Shown: positions 11,766-24,421 of the stretch, one piece after another
Position numbering within the stretch: the first letter of the stretch is position 1
How the letters are laid out: the number at the start of each line of letters is the position of its first letter
NCBI GenBank assembly: GCA_030295235.1
Contig: AP026139.1
Coordinates: 496,001-560,000 of the forward strand
Direction of reading: 5' to 3'
Length of the DNA: 64,000 bases
DNA from: Fistulifera solaris
Taxonomy: Eukaryota
The notes under the pieces: generated by a model
Told to the model about the DNA's origin: nothing
Databases searched by the model: none
What the model saw: only the letters and a program-made list of their open reading frames with translations
Program-made: the position numbers and the translations under genes

Positions 11766-12543
11766 TTTCTTTTGAAGCGATCTTGTTATGATAGATACAA
11801 ACAGAATTTGGTTCAGCAGTCTTTAAAGATGACGGACTTCGCCAGAAGATTGTAAATTGTGACAAGGAAAGAAGCTGCAAAACATCCCTTTCGAGAGTCT
11901 TTCCGACACCTTTTCTTCCAGAGTCACTCACTTCACATTCTCTTACTATCGTACGGTCCTATTCGGTAGGGCCGTTCTTTCGTGACAGAGAATGTTGAAC
12001 AACAAGTATGTTTTGTATTATAAAACGGAAAAAGCGAATTGCAAAGTCGGAAAGGCCGACTAAAAAACGAAAAAGGAAACGCCCAAACGAACGCTGTCGT
12101 GTTCTTTTTTTATCCGGTACTCCGTGCTAGGTACTGGCAATCGTACCGGTACTTGTTGCTTAGATTCCTTCCTAAGGCTTAACTGGTATCGATGACGATG
12201 ATGATGATGTTGATTCATTATTTATTTCTGTTACCAGGTATCTTCATCAAACGAAGGACATGCACAGAAATACAACACAAGCACGTTGAAAGGGAGAGTC
12301 CACTTACGGTTTACTTTCTCAAGTGGTGTGGGAAGAATCGACATTCTAAGTCTCAGAGTCAGAAACTAGTGTTAGTAATTGCGTCATGATGTAGCTAGTT
12401 AGACGAAAGAAATGTGAATTGGTTCTTGGTCAATCGGGATGCTATGTAATGAATAACGATTACAAGACTCTGATTTATCGCCCAGTTATCATAAAGACCC
12501 CGCTGAGAAGTTCAATCAGCGCAACGATAAGCGATCATAAAGC

Positions 12544-13798
12544 TTAAGCCCAAGATGATCCATACAATTTGGTTTCAGTGTGACCATGAAGTTCCTTCTT
12601 CGGTGGGACCTTTCCGTCGTATGTGTACTCGCCACCCTCACGATCTCTAAAGTTCACAGGGTCCGCTTTGATGTCTGAGACACCCACCATGGCCGGCCCC
12701 AGTCCCGTCGAAACTTCCATCAATACCTTGGGGTCTTTGAAGTGAGTAACGGCCTGTACAATAGCCCGTGCACGAGCTTCCGGGTTGCTGCTCTTGAAGA
12801 TCCCAGACCCAACAAAGACTCCGTCCATTCCCAGTTGCATCATCAACGCGGCATCGGCGGGGGTGGCGACACCACCAGCGGCAAAGTTTACCACGGGGAG
12901 CTTTCCAGTCTCAGCGACTTCTTTCACCAATTCGTAAGGTGCACGCAACTCCTTGGCAGCAACGAAAAGTTCGTCCTTAGACATGGACTGCAGACGACGA
13001 ATGTCGGCCTGCACAGTCCTGGCGTGACGGACAGCTTCCACGATGTTTCCAGTTCCGGCCTCGCCCTTGGTTCGGAGCATAGAACAACCCTCGGCAATAC
13101 GGCGCAGAGCTTCACCGATGTTGCGACACCCACATACAAAGGGGACGTTGAATTGCGTTTTGTCAATGTGATGAATGTCATCTGCCATAGTGAGCACTTC
13201 ACTTTCATCGATGTAATCAATTTCGCAAGCTTCCAAAATCTGAGCCTCCACAAAGTGTCCGATACGAGCCTTTGCCATCACAGGGATCGTGACGGCGTTT
13301 TTGATTTCCTTTATTAGAACTGGGTCCGACATACGAGCCACTCCTCCATCACGACGAATGTCGGCCGGGATACGCTCAAGTGCCATTACGGCAACCGCTC
13401 CAGCGGCTTCCGCAATCTTTGCTTGCTCAACATTCATCACATCCATCTGAAAAATATGGGAAGGAAAAAACAATTAGCCTGGTTCATCTCTCCAACAATT
13501 TTGTCCAAGACAGATCGCCGAGGAAGCAGATTCGAATCTATTTATCAGCTTCATTTTATAAGCATTCAACGTGCATTTCAAGTCTCATTACTTCAACATA
13601 TCAGTGAAAGATGCGAAAAAACGCGGAGAGCCATCCAACCTCAAAAACACACCGTTCCCCAAGGAAACCCATCACCAAGGCGAAAGTCGACACTTACAAT
13701 AACTCCTCCCTTGAGCATCTGAGCTAACCCTTGCTTCACGCGAAGAGTACCAACTTGTGCTCCATTGCCGTTGCTACCGTTTCCGTTTGATCCTGTCA
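12544..13798 (-). CDS. PDX1: Pyridoxal 5'-phosphate synthase subunit PDX1, with intron at about 13447-13697
   Basis: Exon 1 MTGSNG...[14 protein letters not shown] then gtaagt. Exon 2 [31 protein letters not shown]...[20 protein letters not shown]. Confidence 0.97.
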
Positions 13799-14134
13799 TT
13801 GTTTACCTTTGTTACTAGAAACGCGTTGATGGCTTGCCGCAAAGAAATTGAGCAACGATTTTATTGTGTGTTATCGATGCCAGTGTGGGATTGATGTGCA
13901 CGGTAAGGTTGATGAATGGACGTGAGAACCGAACGTACACACGAACGTGCGCTGACGAGGTTGCCGTTCCCTGCCCATTCCTTGTCGCTGCGTCATCAAC
14001 TCGTGACTCAATGATTGCTCTTCACAAAATTGACAATCGTCACAACATCATCCATCGTAGCTATAGCAATGGAGTCACCTTCGCAACGCCAAGAAGTAAT
14101 CAAAAAAACTCGTCGACTACAACAAATTTGCTTT

Positions 14135-14394
14135 TTAAAGTGCCCTTTGGCTAATAATTTCACAAAACTCTACGTCGTCAGGATGAGTTTGAAGAATATG
14201 GCGGATGACATTGTTACCATTCATCGCCTGGTCGGTCGTCGAGACGCGCGAGACGAATGTCGTCTGTAGAATGGCACTGCCGCTATTCTCAGTCGGCATC
14301 CAGGTACTAAATTCTCCCCATTTCATTCTCATCTCTTTGGGCAGTGCTGTCTGTTTGACTTTCTCCCACAATTTTCGTGAATCTTGAGATTTCG

Positions 14395-14436
<42 letters not shown>

Positions 14437-14809
14437 TGTTATTTCGAAATATGATTTGAATGGTGAACAGAACTGGCGCGGTTTCTCTCCGCGCAGCACG
14501 CTCACTGGCTTCTTTTTTCAATTGAGAAAGAGATTCACCCGAATGCCGACGTTTCCGTTGAGTGATTGTATTCTTCGTCCCCAAACCACTGGTCAAACGA
14601 TACACCAGCGGTTCCGAGTTTTTCAGACGCATCAAGGCATTGATATGAACGAACCATCGATATGCGTGAGGATACCGATCTGCGGATGGAACGTCGACTT
14701 GTTGTTCTTGCCATTGGGTCCATAGATCCGAATCGGCCGATGAGAATGTACTGTCGCTGATGTACGACCGACCCGCCATGAACGCATTGAGATAGGATAA
14801 ATCGTACAT
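14135..14809 (-). CDS. Divergent eEF1B-beta/delta-like protein with a poly-Asp tract
   Basis: LNAFMAGRSYI...S.AD...YPHAYRWFVHI resembles the eEF1B N-terminal GST-C-like domain. The C-terminal WEKVK..MKWG...DDVEFCEIIS resembles the EF1 GEF domain. Confidence 0.6.
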
Positions 14810-15317
14810 GTTACGAAAATCAAACTATAAATTGTTGTATGAAAAGGCAGCAAGATGATAATATGATCAGAAAAAAAACGTATCCTTTCCACCGATTGGA
14901 ATGAAAGTTGTCCTCACTTACTTGTCGGAGACTGGCCATGGTCGCGAAGCGCTTTATTACTTCCGCAGCTGCTAATCAAGGGATACGACAGCGTCGCCGT
15001 ATAATCTTCATCACAGGGAAGAACCTAGGCAATTCATGAGACTGAGCTTCTTCGGGGCTCTGCTTTTCGTATTGCTCCGTCGTCATCCTTCATCATGTCC
15101 GACAACATAGTTTTTGTTTAAGCAAAGACGTCACACCAGTTTTAGATTTTTGTGACACTGCAGCTCAAACCCGAACTCTAAAGCGATTTCAATTTGAAGC
15201 AAACATCGACAAAGACAAAACTGGCATCAAAAAAGCAAAGTTAATTCCGTAATAATGGCAAATACGTACATTGAATGAATCAATTGATGACATCTATGCT
15301 GAGAAATATTACGAAAG

Positions 15318-16568
15318 ATGAAATGGAGTGGTAGCGAAGCGGCTCGTAAGATTACCCAGACGACTACATCGCGAGCCATTCAGGGCATCACTATTTTTCT
15401 CGTCGTGGTCGGAACAATTACTATAGCCGGAGACCTCTACTTTCTTTCCAACATCCGAAAGTCTCTAAAAAGCATCATACCAAAACATTCGTCTCTACTG
15501 TAAGTACGCACGACAGTACATCTCTTCACAATCGAACCGTGGTGGCCAACCTGTTACGAGAAGCTGGCGCCATGGTGACGGATGAATCCAAATTACCGAC
15601 GCTGGCGCAAATCGCCGACTTGTATGGACCAAGACCCGTGATATTAGGTCTCGAACACTGTGAGCATTTTCGCAATACTGTCCCGGCCTCGGGTAAGTGT
15701 CGCTTGACGGCAATCGAAACAGAGTACTACACTCATCGGCGCCCCTCTCTCCAGAACGCATGCTTGGCGCCGCCGGAATGTTTTCGACGGGGACAAACCT
15801 CGTGACGCACCTTCTCAAACGGAATTGCTATATTCCTGAGCGCGCCGAAAAGTATGGTCTCGAGACGGCTACGAAAGAGCAATTGGGCATGCGATGGCAG
15901 GTACCTTGGGGAAAACACACACCGGCTGACTACAAAATAAAGCATGCAACCGAGAAGGCACAGCTGATCAATAAAGACTATATTTTGCCATGTGTGACAA
16001 TCAGATCGCCGTGGCGATGGATGCAGAGCATGTGCAAGAATCCCTACACAGCTCGTTGGCCGCATGCATCCATCTGTCCTCATTTGGTCGTCAACTCATC
16101 TCAATTAAGCAGGCAATGGAATCCTGTAACGGTCAAATACGGAGCAGGAATTGAAAATTACACGTCGCTGGTTCACCTGTGGATCGAATGGTATGACCAG
16201 TATGCACGACTGGTGCTGGATGACGAGGTTGTAGAAAACCATGCCACTTCCTATCCGGTCCTTATCATACGCATGGAAGATCTCATCTTCTACACCCAGG
16301 AAACAGTTACGCAGATCTGTCAATGTACTGGAGGAGTCATCTATGCTGAAAAACCGTTTGAGTATGTAGTTGAATCGGCCAAAAAGATTCACCAGGGCAC
16401 GACACAAGTGTCGGATTAACGGAAGCGTGGATTAAATACAGTAAACCGCTTCAACCGCGTGCCGGTTTTGTACAGGAAGACTATCTTGCGGGCATTGACG
16501 CTTTGAATCATGATGATCGGTTCGGGCTAATGAAACTCTTACAATATCATCATCCTCCATCCAATTAA
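15318..16568 (+). CDS. Type II membrane sulfotransferase-like (P-loop) protein, with intron 15693-15754 and indels
   Basis: N-terminal TM, AGMFSTGTNL (PAPS-binding-like), VPWGKH, IRSPWRWMQSM and IIRMEDL. Confidence 0.7.
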
Positions 16569-16948
16569 GGAAGAATCGTCGGCCACAAAGCTGTTACGTA
16601 CGGCAGATAAGTATCGAACGCATCAATTTAGTCCATCGAGACTACCAGTGTGTTGAAAGTGGTCTAGTTTCTCGGTCAATTGCTGAGTTAGACGCATTTC
16701 ATCTTTCTACTTTACGCGCGCATTATTTCATTTGAATCGTGCATGGTAATGCGATCTCTTCGCTAGAGCCACGCAACTTTTTGTAGGTCAAACTGGATTT
16801 TGTCGATGGTACTGCACTCTATGCTTTAGCTAATCCCCTATACATGTATTAGCCACCATAATCTTAGGGAGTAAGACGCGAATTATATAGCTTAATGTCG
16901 CATAGGTATTTTTGCTGTAGCTTTCAACGATCGCCCTTGGCCGTAACA

Positions 16949-18152
16949 TCATAGTTTCACCTCTACGTTGCCGAGAATGGATAAGTCTTGCTGCCTATAA
17001 TCTATTGGTAGCGGTGGGAAGATCTTATCACTCTTGCTTTTGATAATGCTTGCTTGCATTAAAGCGTTCAACGACATCATATCTGTTTCTGTTGTCGAGC
17101 TTTTCGAGGCTGGTGACTGCTGCAACGAGCTGGGACTAGGTACGCCCATCTCTTCGCAAAGACGCCGATTCATCTCCTTGAGTTCCAGAAGATTTACTTG
17201 AGACGAGACTGCCAGAGACTTGCTCCTATTAGAGCCGTCCTGTAGAAGAAAGGGGCTATCTTCGCATCGGCGGCGTTTCCCTTCCTGTACTGACGCCCAA
17301 CTTGATCTCCGCCTATAATTCTTATCTCCATTGATTTTTTGGGCTTCGATCTCGTCAAGAACGGCCAATCTTTGTGCTCGTTGCATCGACCACTTTGAAA
17401 CGTGTTCTATACGATGTCGGATGGCTTCGGCTAAACAAAGGTCACCCTCCTCCCCATTGTCCTTGCCCCCAGACAAAATTTCTTTGCGAATTTTCTGCAG
17501 TATGGCTCGTCGCTGTTCGGAAAGAACTACATTTACGTAAATAGCTCTGTGGACACACAACTCGGAGTGTAAAGAAGGGGAATGAAAGGGTTCCAATCCT
17601 CGCAAGCAGTAAAAATCTTCTAACACCTCGTCCATGTCTCCTTGAAGCGACCGAAACATCCGAATAGTAGCCATTCGATCGCTTTTGAAATCTTCATAGT
17701 CTTCTTCCTGGAATTGATGAAAAGGATAGGGTAGAATCATTAGAAAACGATGGCTGAGGCAATTTTCAATGCTTCCGAAATGCTGAGAATGACCCGGTCC
17801 CAGTGTAACATACCGAATACCATATCTGAGATCGCCTTCTGGTCTTCTCTATCGAATCAAGGCTCTCATCTTCACTTAGATGCCCTGAAAGAGTTCGAAA
17901 TTCATAACAGGCCTCATTTAGAGCAAAGTGCACACGCTTGTTTCCATTTTGGAGACCAATGACTTCACAAGGGCTCCCAGTGTGCCGGATTTCGCAATGA
18001 CGAACGGTTGTCGATTCATCTGATTTCAATTCGGCTGATAATTCTACATTCATTGTTGCTCCTGCTGCATCAAGGCCAATGATGCTTGCAATATATCTAT
18101 GCAGTCCTTTGTTTCCGATTGTGATCCCAACAATGAAGTGAAGGGGCTTCAT
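16949..18152 (-). CDS. Uncharacterised diatom-type protein (frameshift or intron near 17750)
   Basis: Adjacent ORFs carry KRVHF...IWYS and CLRGLE...VLSEQ...SKWSMQRAQRLAVLDE, a motif series typical of an expanded diatom hypothetical family. The start is uncertain. Confidence 0.55.
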
Positions 18153-19019
18153 TATTATTTCCCTGTTCGAGGGTCGAAAGCTCCTAAAGAAAGCAAAATG
18201 CCAGGTACAAAGTACACTGTAAAATCGAAGATGTACACCACGTTTCCGCTAATGTCTTGCGCTTTAAACTTTAAACAAGATATTGGCCAACTTCGACACT
18301 CGACACTGGTTGAAGAAGTGCGGCAGAAGAATTTTTATTTTAGAGAGTACAAAATTCAAAGTAGAACTCGTGACTGATAAAGTGTTCGAATGAACATAAA
18401 TCTACGTTGTCCCCAGTACAAATAATTACGTAGAATAGACTCTTCACCTTGTTTTTACAAGACAAGCTCCTGTCCAATGAAAAAAGAAGCCCTAAGCCCC
18501 AACAACAAATATAGCGTCGACGTGGTACTCATATTCCTCAATTCTCACTCCCCGTAGTCTACCTTCTACTTTTTACTCCATACAGCGTCATTTCCATATT
18601 GGAATAGGTTCGGTTTTTGGTTTTTTTATTCGACCTTGCTGCAGCAACACTCATAAAATAGGACCAAAGTTACCGGGCAATATTCATGCTCCCGTTTTAC
18701 AAACACAAGAGGGCTTTGGGCCCTTTTTGGTCTTGGAATTTGAGAACCGTGACACCGGGATCGTGAATCGTGAACCGTGACTCGTGACTCGTGACCCTAA
18801 CAAGAGAACAACAAAAGACAAAAGACGAAAGACGCTTCGCCGTCTGCTGTCGTCCGAGTGAAGACAATCTTGTCTGTCCATCCATCAGTCCATCAGAGTC
18901 ACTGCTACATTGGCGACGCAATGAAACGAGCGCAACAAGAATATGTTCAAAAACATCACCACTATTTGTGACCTTTTACCCTTACGAAGTCGATCAGACT
19001 TCTCTTCACAACAAGCAAT

Positions 19020-19372
19020 ATGGTTCTCAGTGCACAAGCGCAGCGTAATTGGTAAGTCTATAAAGCACTGGCCTTGCGCGGTCGTCATTTTTCCTCAGGA
19101 GCAATCTCACATTCATTGATCGTTCCATATGCCATCACCACGTGTCTTTGTCACCAAGGCGGATAGCGGCCATTATTGGATCTATAGCCGTCGCCGCGCA
19201 AGGAATATTGTGGACGGACTATGATTTACCGACTCCAACTCCTAACGAACGCCATGTCTTCTCTGGGATTCAAGACTATTACAATAGTGGTGCTTGGAAA
19301 TCACGGTGGTTGGGAGTCAATCCGCCGACAGGTCACGACACGGAACGCAATGAACGAAATCAAGCTTCTTGA
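19020..19372 (+). CDS. Small single-TM protein of about 81 aa, with intron 19052-19158
   Basis: ATG at 19020 and a gtaag...ag intron splice in frame to give MVLSAQAQRNWRIAAIIGSIAVAAQGILWTDY...HVFSGIQDYY. Confidence 0.65.
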
Positions 19373-19810
19373 GCCGTTTTATTGGGACGGAACGAACCAA
19401 ATTTTTGTGTTTGGGTCCGTGCTACTTAGTCGAAAGATCCCACTCAAATTTTTGCGTTTGTCAAGTAGTCAAGATCAAGTGGTTTAAATAACTCCGATTG
19501 AACTCTTCACAGCTTTTCAAACTCGTTGAAGCGATGCCTGGTCTCAGAATCCATCAAACAAGCATTGTTGTTTCCTTTGATCTCCCTAGGAAAGCTTCTA
19601 AACGACGTATGAAGGATGGACGCTGTCGTACCGGTGCTATGTTCTTCGCTTCTGCATGGATACCATAATATTATCGACCATCGGATTTTTCGAATTTTGA
19701 TGTCAAATACGGAGTCATGCAAAAGATTGCCAAGTCTAAATCGACCTGCATTTTGCTTCTTGTATCTATATATTGAAACTATCTAGACTTCCGTCGTTGG
19801 TTTCATAGAA

Positions 19811-21643
19811 ATGGTTTCGGGATTCAGTATCATCATCTGCGTATTGCTGTATGCCGAACGATGCTCCGCGTTTCTGCTAAGTCCATCACGAACGTCTCGT
19901 GCAACGACTCCATTGCATTCTTTAACGGACAAAGTTTCCCATCCCATTCCGGCCTTTCTCACTCAATCCTTCAATACAGAGTGTGATAATACCAATCGTC
20001 CACCATCGCTCAATATTTTGTTGCGCAGCCTACAGCAACTGACTTGTTCAGGAAGTGACATTCGCGGATATTTCGTCGATCACAGTCGCTTTGGTAGTTT
20101 AGCCAGCGTAGCGCACGAAATAGGCAAAGTTCAACTTCATTATCCCGCGCTCACGCCTCTGGCGGCGTATTTTTTGGGACATGCACTGGCGGATCAACTT
20201 TTGTTGGAGCATTCAGACGATGAGATCGTTCAGATTGCCATTGGTCAAGATCCTCGCTTGCACGGCAAGCGTCTGGTCGATTCCTTTTCCCGCGGTGCCG
20301 AAGCGGCCGATCCCAAAGTACGTGTCGTATACACGGGAATTTCTACGACACCCGCTTGTGCAGCATTTGTTCCTTTGCACAATTGCCACGCTAGTGTCAT
20401 GGTGACGGCGAGTCACTTGCCTGCCGATCGGAATGGATTCAAAATCTTTTATCGAACGGGTGGAATGACGTTGCCTGTATTGCAAGATTTGGGTGCACGC
20501 GCTGGTACGATATTGAATCAATGGTTCTCGGCTGGCATTTTGCCACCGGCATCGGGAGGAGTGGAAGTTCGTTGTTCCGCGCACGTGTCGTACATGCCGG
20601 CCTACGCGGAGTCACTGAAACGAGCCGTTATTCAAGATGTCGGACATGGTAACAAGCCTTTGGAAGGATTGAAGATTGTATTTAATCCAGGAAACGGAGC
20701 CGGTGGCTTTTTCTATGATGTACTGAAGGACTTGGGGGCGGATGTTTCGGGGAGCATCCATTTGGAGTCGGACGGAAATTTTCCCAATGGTGTCCCCAAC
20801 CCGGAATATGAACCCATGCTCTCTAGTACAATCCGTGCTTGTGAAGCAAGTGGGGCTGATCTTGGAATTATGCTGGATACAGATGCTGACCGGTGCGGCT
20901 TTGTGACGCTTGGGAAAGTTGGCCGATACGAGCCATTGAACCGAAACCGGCTCATTGCATTGTTGGGAGTCATGTTTGCAGAATCATCGCCCGGTTGTGC
21001 CTTTGTAACAGACTCTGTTACGTCCGAAGGATTATCAACGTTCTTGAAGGGTTTGGGCTTGACGCATGTTCGCTATGTTAAAGGCTACATGAACGTTATT
21101 TCTAAGGCGAAAGAATTGACCGAATCCGGTGAACTCAATGTAGAAGTCGCTATTGAGACGTCTGGGCACTGTGCCATGAAGGAAAACTCGTACTTGGACG
21201 ACGGCACGTATACTGCTGTTAAAGTTGTCAGTTTACTCGCAAAACAAAGAACAACTAAACAATGCAACCTACTTGATTTGATTTCGTCCATGCCTGAAAT
21301 GGACGAAGTTTCAGAGCTTCGTATGCCTGTTTTTGATAAATCTATCGAAACTATGCGAGAGGTGTTTGATTTGTGTGCATTGACAATGGAAGATCAATCG
21401 GCCATGCCGAACAACACCTGGGAAACGGATACGGAGAATCTAGAGGGAATCCGTATTCGAACTGGTAACAATCAATTTTTGATGCTTCGAAAGAGCCTCC
21501 ATGACCCTATTGTTAGTTTACAAATAGAAGCACGAAGTGTGGAGGAAGCGCGTGCAACTATTGTATTGCCTCTGTTGCAGATTTTCAAGAACGAAGAGCA
21601 GATTGTCAACAATCTGGATTTTTCCGTGCTCGAGCAGTATTAA
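19811..21643 (+). CDS. Plastid-targeted phosphoglucomutase/phosphomannomutase
   Basis: CSA|FLL presequence, GSDIRG, VTASHLP (phosphoserine loop), DTDADR (metal loop) and IETSGH. Confidence 0.93.
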   Translation: MVSGFSIIICVLLYAERCSAFLLSPSRTSRATTPLHSLTDKVSHPIPAFLTQSFNTECDNTNRPPSLNILLRSLQQLTCSGSDIRGYFVDHSRFGSLASVAHEIGKVQLHYPALTPLAAYFLGHALADQLLLEHSDDEIVQIAIGQDPRLHGKRLVDSFSRGAEAADPKVRVVYTGISTTPACAAFVPLHNCHASVMVTASHLPADRNGFKIFYRTGGMTLPVLQDLGARAGTILNQWFSAGILPPASGGVEVRCSAHVSYMPAYAESLKRAVIQDVGHGNKPLEGLKIVFNPGNGAGGFFYDVLKDLGADVSGSIHLESDGNFPNGVPNPEYEPMLSSTIRACEASGADLGIMLDTDADRCGFVTLGKVGRYEPLNRNRLIALLGVMFAESSPGCAFVTDSVTSEGLSTFLKGLGLTHVRYVKGYMNVISKAKELTESGELNVEVAIETSGHCAMKENSYLDDGTYTAVKVVSLLAKQRTTKQCNLLDLISSMPEMDEVSELRMPVFDKSIETMREVFDLCALTMEDQSAMPNNTWETDTENLEGIRIRTGNNQFLMLRKSLHDPIVSLQIEARSVEEARATIVLPLLQIFKNEEQIVNNLDFSVLEQY

Positions 21644-21713
21644 GTGCATTATTTAGCGAAGGTTTATGGTTACTCATATGCATCCAGTAGACACATTTAA
21701 ATTGAACCACCCT

Positions 21714-23552
21714 TCAGAAGAAACGTCTCAGGGCAGCCGGTGCACTCTCTTTCCTATTGTCTGCAACATTGCCTTCTCCACCATTGGCGTTTTCCAATTT
21801 TTCCTTCTCCCGAAGTTCACGTAGTTTAATAGTATTTTGATCCAAAATATTTTTGTGCTTTCGGCGAAGCTGTGTTTGAATTTTGCTTCTCCCTCGCTTC
21901 TTTGTTTTTGGCTTCTTCTGAGGAACAGCTTTCGCATTCGCAGCTTCTTGCAAGTCGTGGAGACGCTCCAGCCGTTTGTGCGGGTCAGATTCTTCAATAC
22001 CACCAACTTGATCTGGGTCAAGTGCAATCATTTCTGGTCGCAGCTTGTCAAGAAGTGCCCTTACTTCTTCTTCTTGTCGCTGTTTAGCATCCTGCATCGG
22101 GTTTGTATTGTATTCTGCTGTATCTACTGATGGCTCACCCGAACCAGGAATCACAATACTGCTAATACCGTCTGTTTGTCCGATACCACAAACATCTTCA
22201 AACGGTCGGAATCTCAGTGTTTCGACAGGCCCTTTTCCCCCATCAAATGATGCATATAGGGATCTTTCACTTTCTCTCTCAATGCCTCTTGGCCCCAAAA
22301 AGTAGCATGACAACCGTGCCCAATACCGACAATGCCTCGCTGACTAATGTCCAGCGACGTCGGAATACCTCCTACGGTAAAGTAGGAATGAAGCTCTTTG
22401 TACATCCGCAGGTCCCATACTCGGATTTGTTTGTCAGCGCCGCCGGTTACCATCGTCCTTCCAGTTCGGTCCACCGCCAAACTATGAATGGCAGCGCCTT
22501 TGTGACAAAGCATTTTGGCAAGAAACTGCGAACTCGCTGGACTCCATAAGGTTACCGTGCCGTTAGAGTGGCCAGCGTGCAAGACAGCGTTAGCTGGATT
22601 TTGCCTCAATACAGAACAAGCCCCGAGTCTGGTTCTATGCTGCGAAACCAGTTGCCCTGTGCTGGTATCTTGATACTTGAGCCAACCAGCTCGTCCAATT
22701 GTAGCCAAAAGCCAGTGATACGGCAAAAATTGCAAAGCCATCGGATCGTTGTGATCGGACAATCGGTGAACCTCAGCACCCGTGTGGTCGTAAATGAATA
22801 CATGATTCTTTTGGGCAGCCGCAAAAGAGTAAAGTTCTGCAAGAAGCACGCATCTCTTACTCTTTCATGTACGGTGAATTCAGTGACCAGCGACTTGCTA
22901 TGGCAGTCCATCATCGCCAGGTGTCCGACCGATTTTCCATAGAGAATGGAATACCGCCCCGAACGATCGTATTCTAAACCGTAAGGAGCTGATTGACTCA
23001 GTGAAATGTCAAAATATTACTCGCCGCATGCGGGTCGACACGCTGTAATTGTCGTTTTAAAGCGACTTGGCTGAGCCCCGAAGTGCGTTCCATTTCATTT
23101 TCAGCTTCCAATAAACCAGCTTGCTCGGTTTGCAAAATTTCCGCCGCATCGACGGCCGCAACAGCAGCCTGCAAGCGTTTGGTTTCATGTCTCACGAGTA
23201 CTGTAGCGACTCGCTTACGGCCTCTATTTTGCAAAGCAAGTTTTTGCTTCTCATTTAATTTGGCTAAGTTAGGATTTTCGTCGTCCTTTCGAAGAGTCTC
23301 GCGTCGTCCTTGCGCTGTCTCCTTGGCCACTCCCCAAAGTTGCCTCTGAATGGCTTCCTCATTCTTTTCTTGACTTTTAGTAAGGAGCTGTTTGTGCTGA
23401 ATTAACGCCTCTTTGTTAGATAAACCTCTAGAAATTTTCATGCTTCCATCTGGATCAAATTCTTTCTCTCTCGATTTCGGTGCATGCTCTCCGTTAGTGG
23501 AGTCATCCTTATTCGAAATGCCATTCGAGTGCTTTGATGCACGTTTCGTCAT
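21714..23552 (-). CDS. WDR46: WD40 protein WDR46/UTP7 (BING4CT domain), split by indels
   Basis: [59 protein letters not shown]...[24 protein letters not shown] and ALRRF. Confidence 0.93.
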
Positions 23553-23846
23553 TTTGCTGTATCTATAGGGAAGAAGCTGACAGTTGTGAATTGTTCATTG
23601 ATGGCAAAGCGTTCCCATCATTGCAGTTTTGATTTGGTAGAAAACATAAAATGGGTGGATTTGAATTTGCCCCGCACTTCTCGTTCGCGGATGAAGATTT
23701 TCGTTGGTCTATGGACAGACGTCACCAACGTGTTATACATGTAAAAAAACTTCGAAAAACTCAAACTATTACCGATGTACAAAAAAATTTATTGTAACAA
23801 GTACTGTACAAGTACCAAGTGTAGAAACCGACGAAATTACTAATAT

Positions 23847-24020
23847 TTATTCCTAATTTCCTAACGTCAGAATGTAATCTTGACATTCGACTCAATACTC
23901 AATTCTCCATTTTTCGTTTCACTTCCAATCTGGCACTTCGTTGAGTAGGCATTGGTTCTGGCTCTAGCTCTAGTGCTAATAGAGGGCAAGTCCAGAGCCT
24001 GTTTCCCAATGAGGGGGAGA
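23847..24020 (-). mobile_element. Short relic of the 3' end of a CRE-like non-LTR retrotransposon
   Basis: 23847-23892 is identical over 46 bp to 52774-52819, and gapped similarity continues to about 24018 versus about 52960 (3' UTR and ORF end). Confidence 0.85.
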
Positions 24021-24421
24021 ATCCACGACTGGAATGCAATCACGTGTACAGCAATACTCCCTGAAGGGTTTCGCGTCCTTTTGAGTGCCCTCAGCAGAAA
24101 TGACAGCATTCTGAACTAAAATTGCAATAATCTAAAATTTCATCTAAATATTATTTGAATTATTTCGTTCAGATCCTGCTCTGTTACTCGTTAGGACATT
24201 AGTATCGCCAGAAGTGTTCTATCAACTTTCACAAGACTGGATTTCAGTCCCGATCCCTTATCGTTCTAACCGTGCCCTGCGGACAGAGGATGACGAAGTA
24301 CCTACAAATGATGGGTGATAGATACCAACAGCAATTGACTTTTGAAAACTTGCCCTCATGAGATTGTTAAGTGTTTGCCGTTTGTGGTTTTTCAATGTAC
24401 AGATCGACATTGTCATTGATT

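Noticed and set aside
11766..11931. N-terminal extension of the 545-aa carbonic anhydrase ORF
   Set aside because: It starts at GTG and is out of frame with a good signal peptide starting at ATG 11765, so it is an artefact of one indel.
13447..13697. Unusually long PDX1 intron as a riboswitch or snoRNA host
   Set aside because: No TPP aptamer core (CUGAGA with AUACCUG) and no convincing C/D or H/ACA box pair was visible. An Rfam scan would settle it.
15044..15060. Small UUCG-capped hairpin as part of an ncRNA
   Set aside because: The stem is short and imperfect with no supporting surrounding structure.
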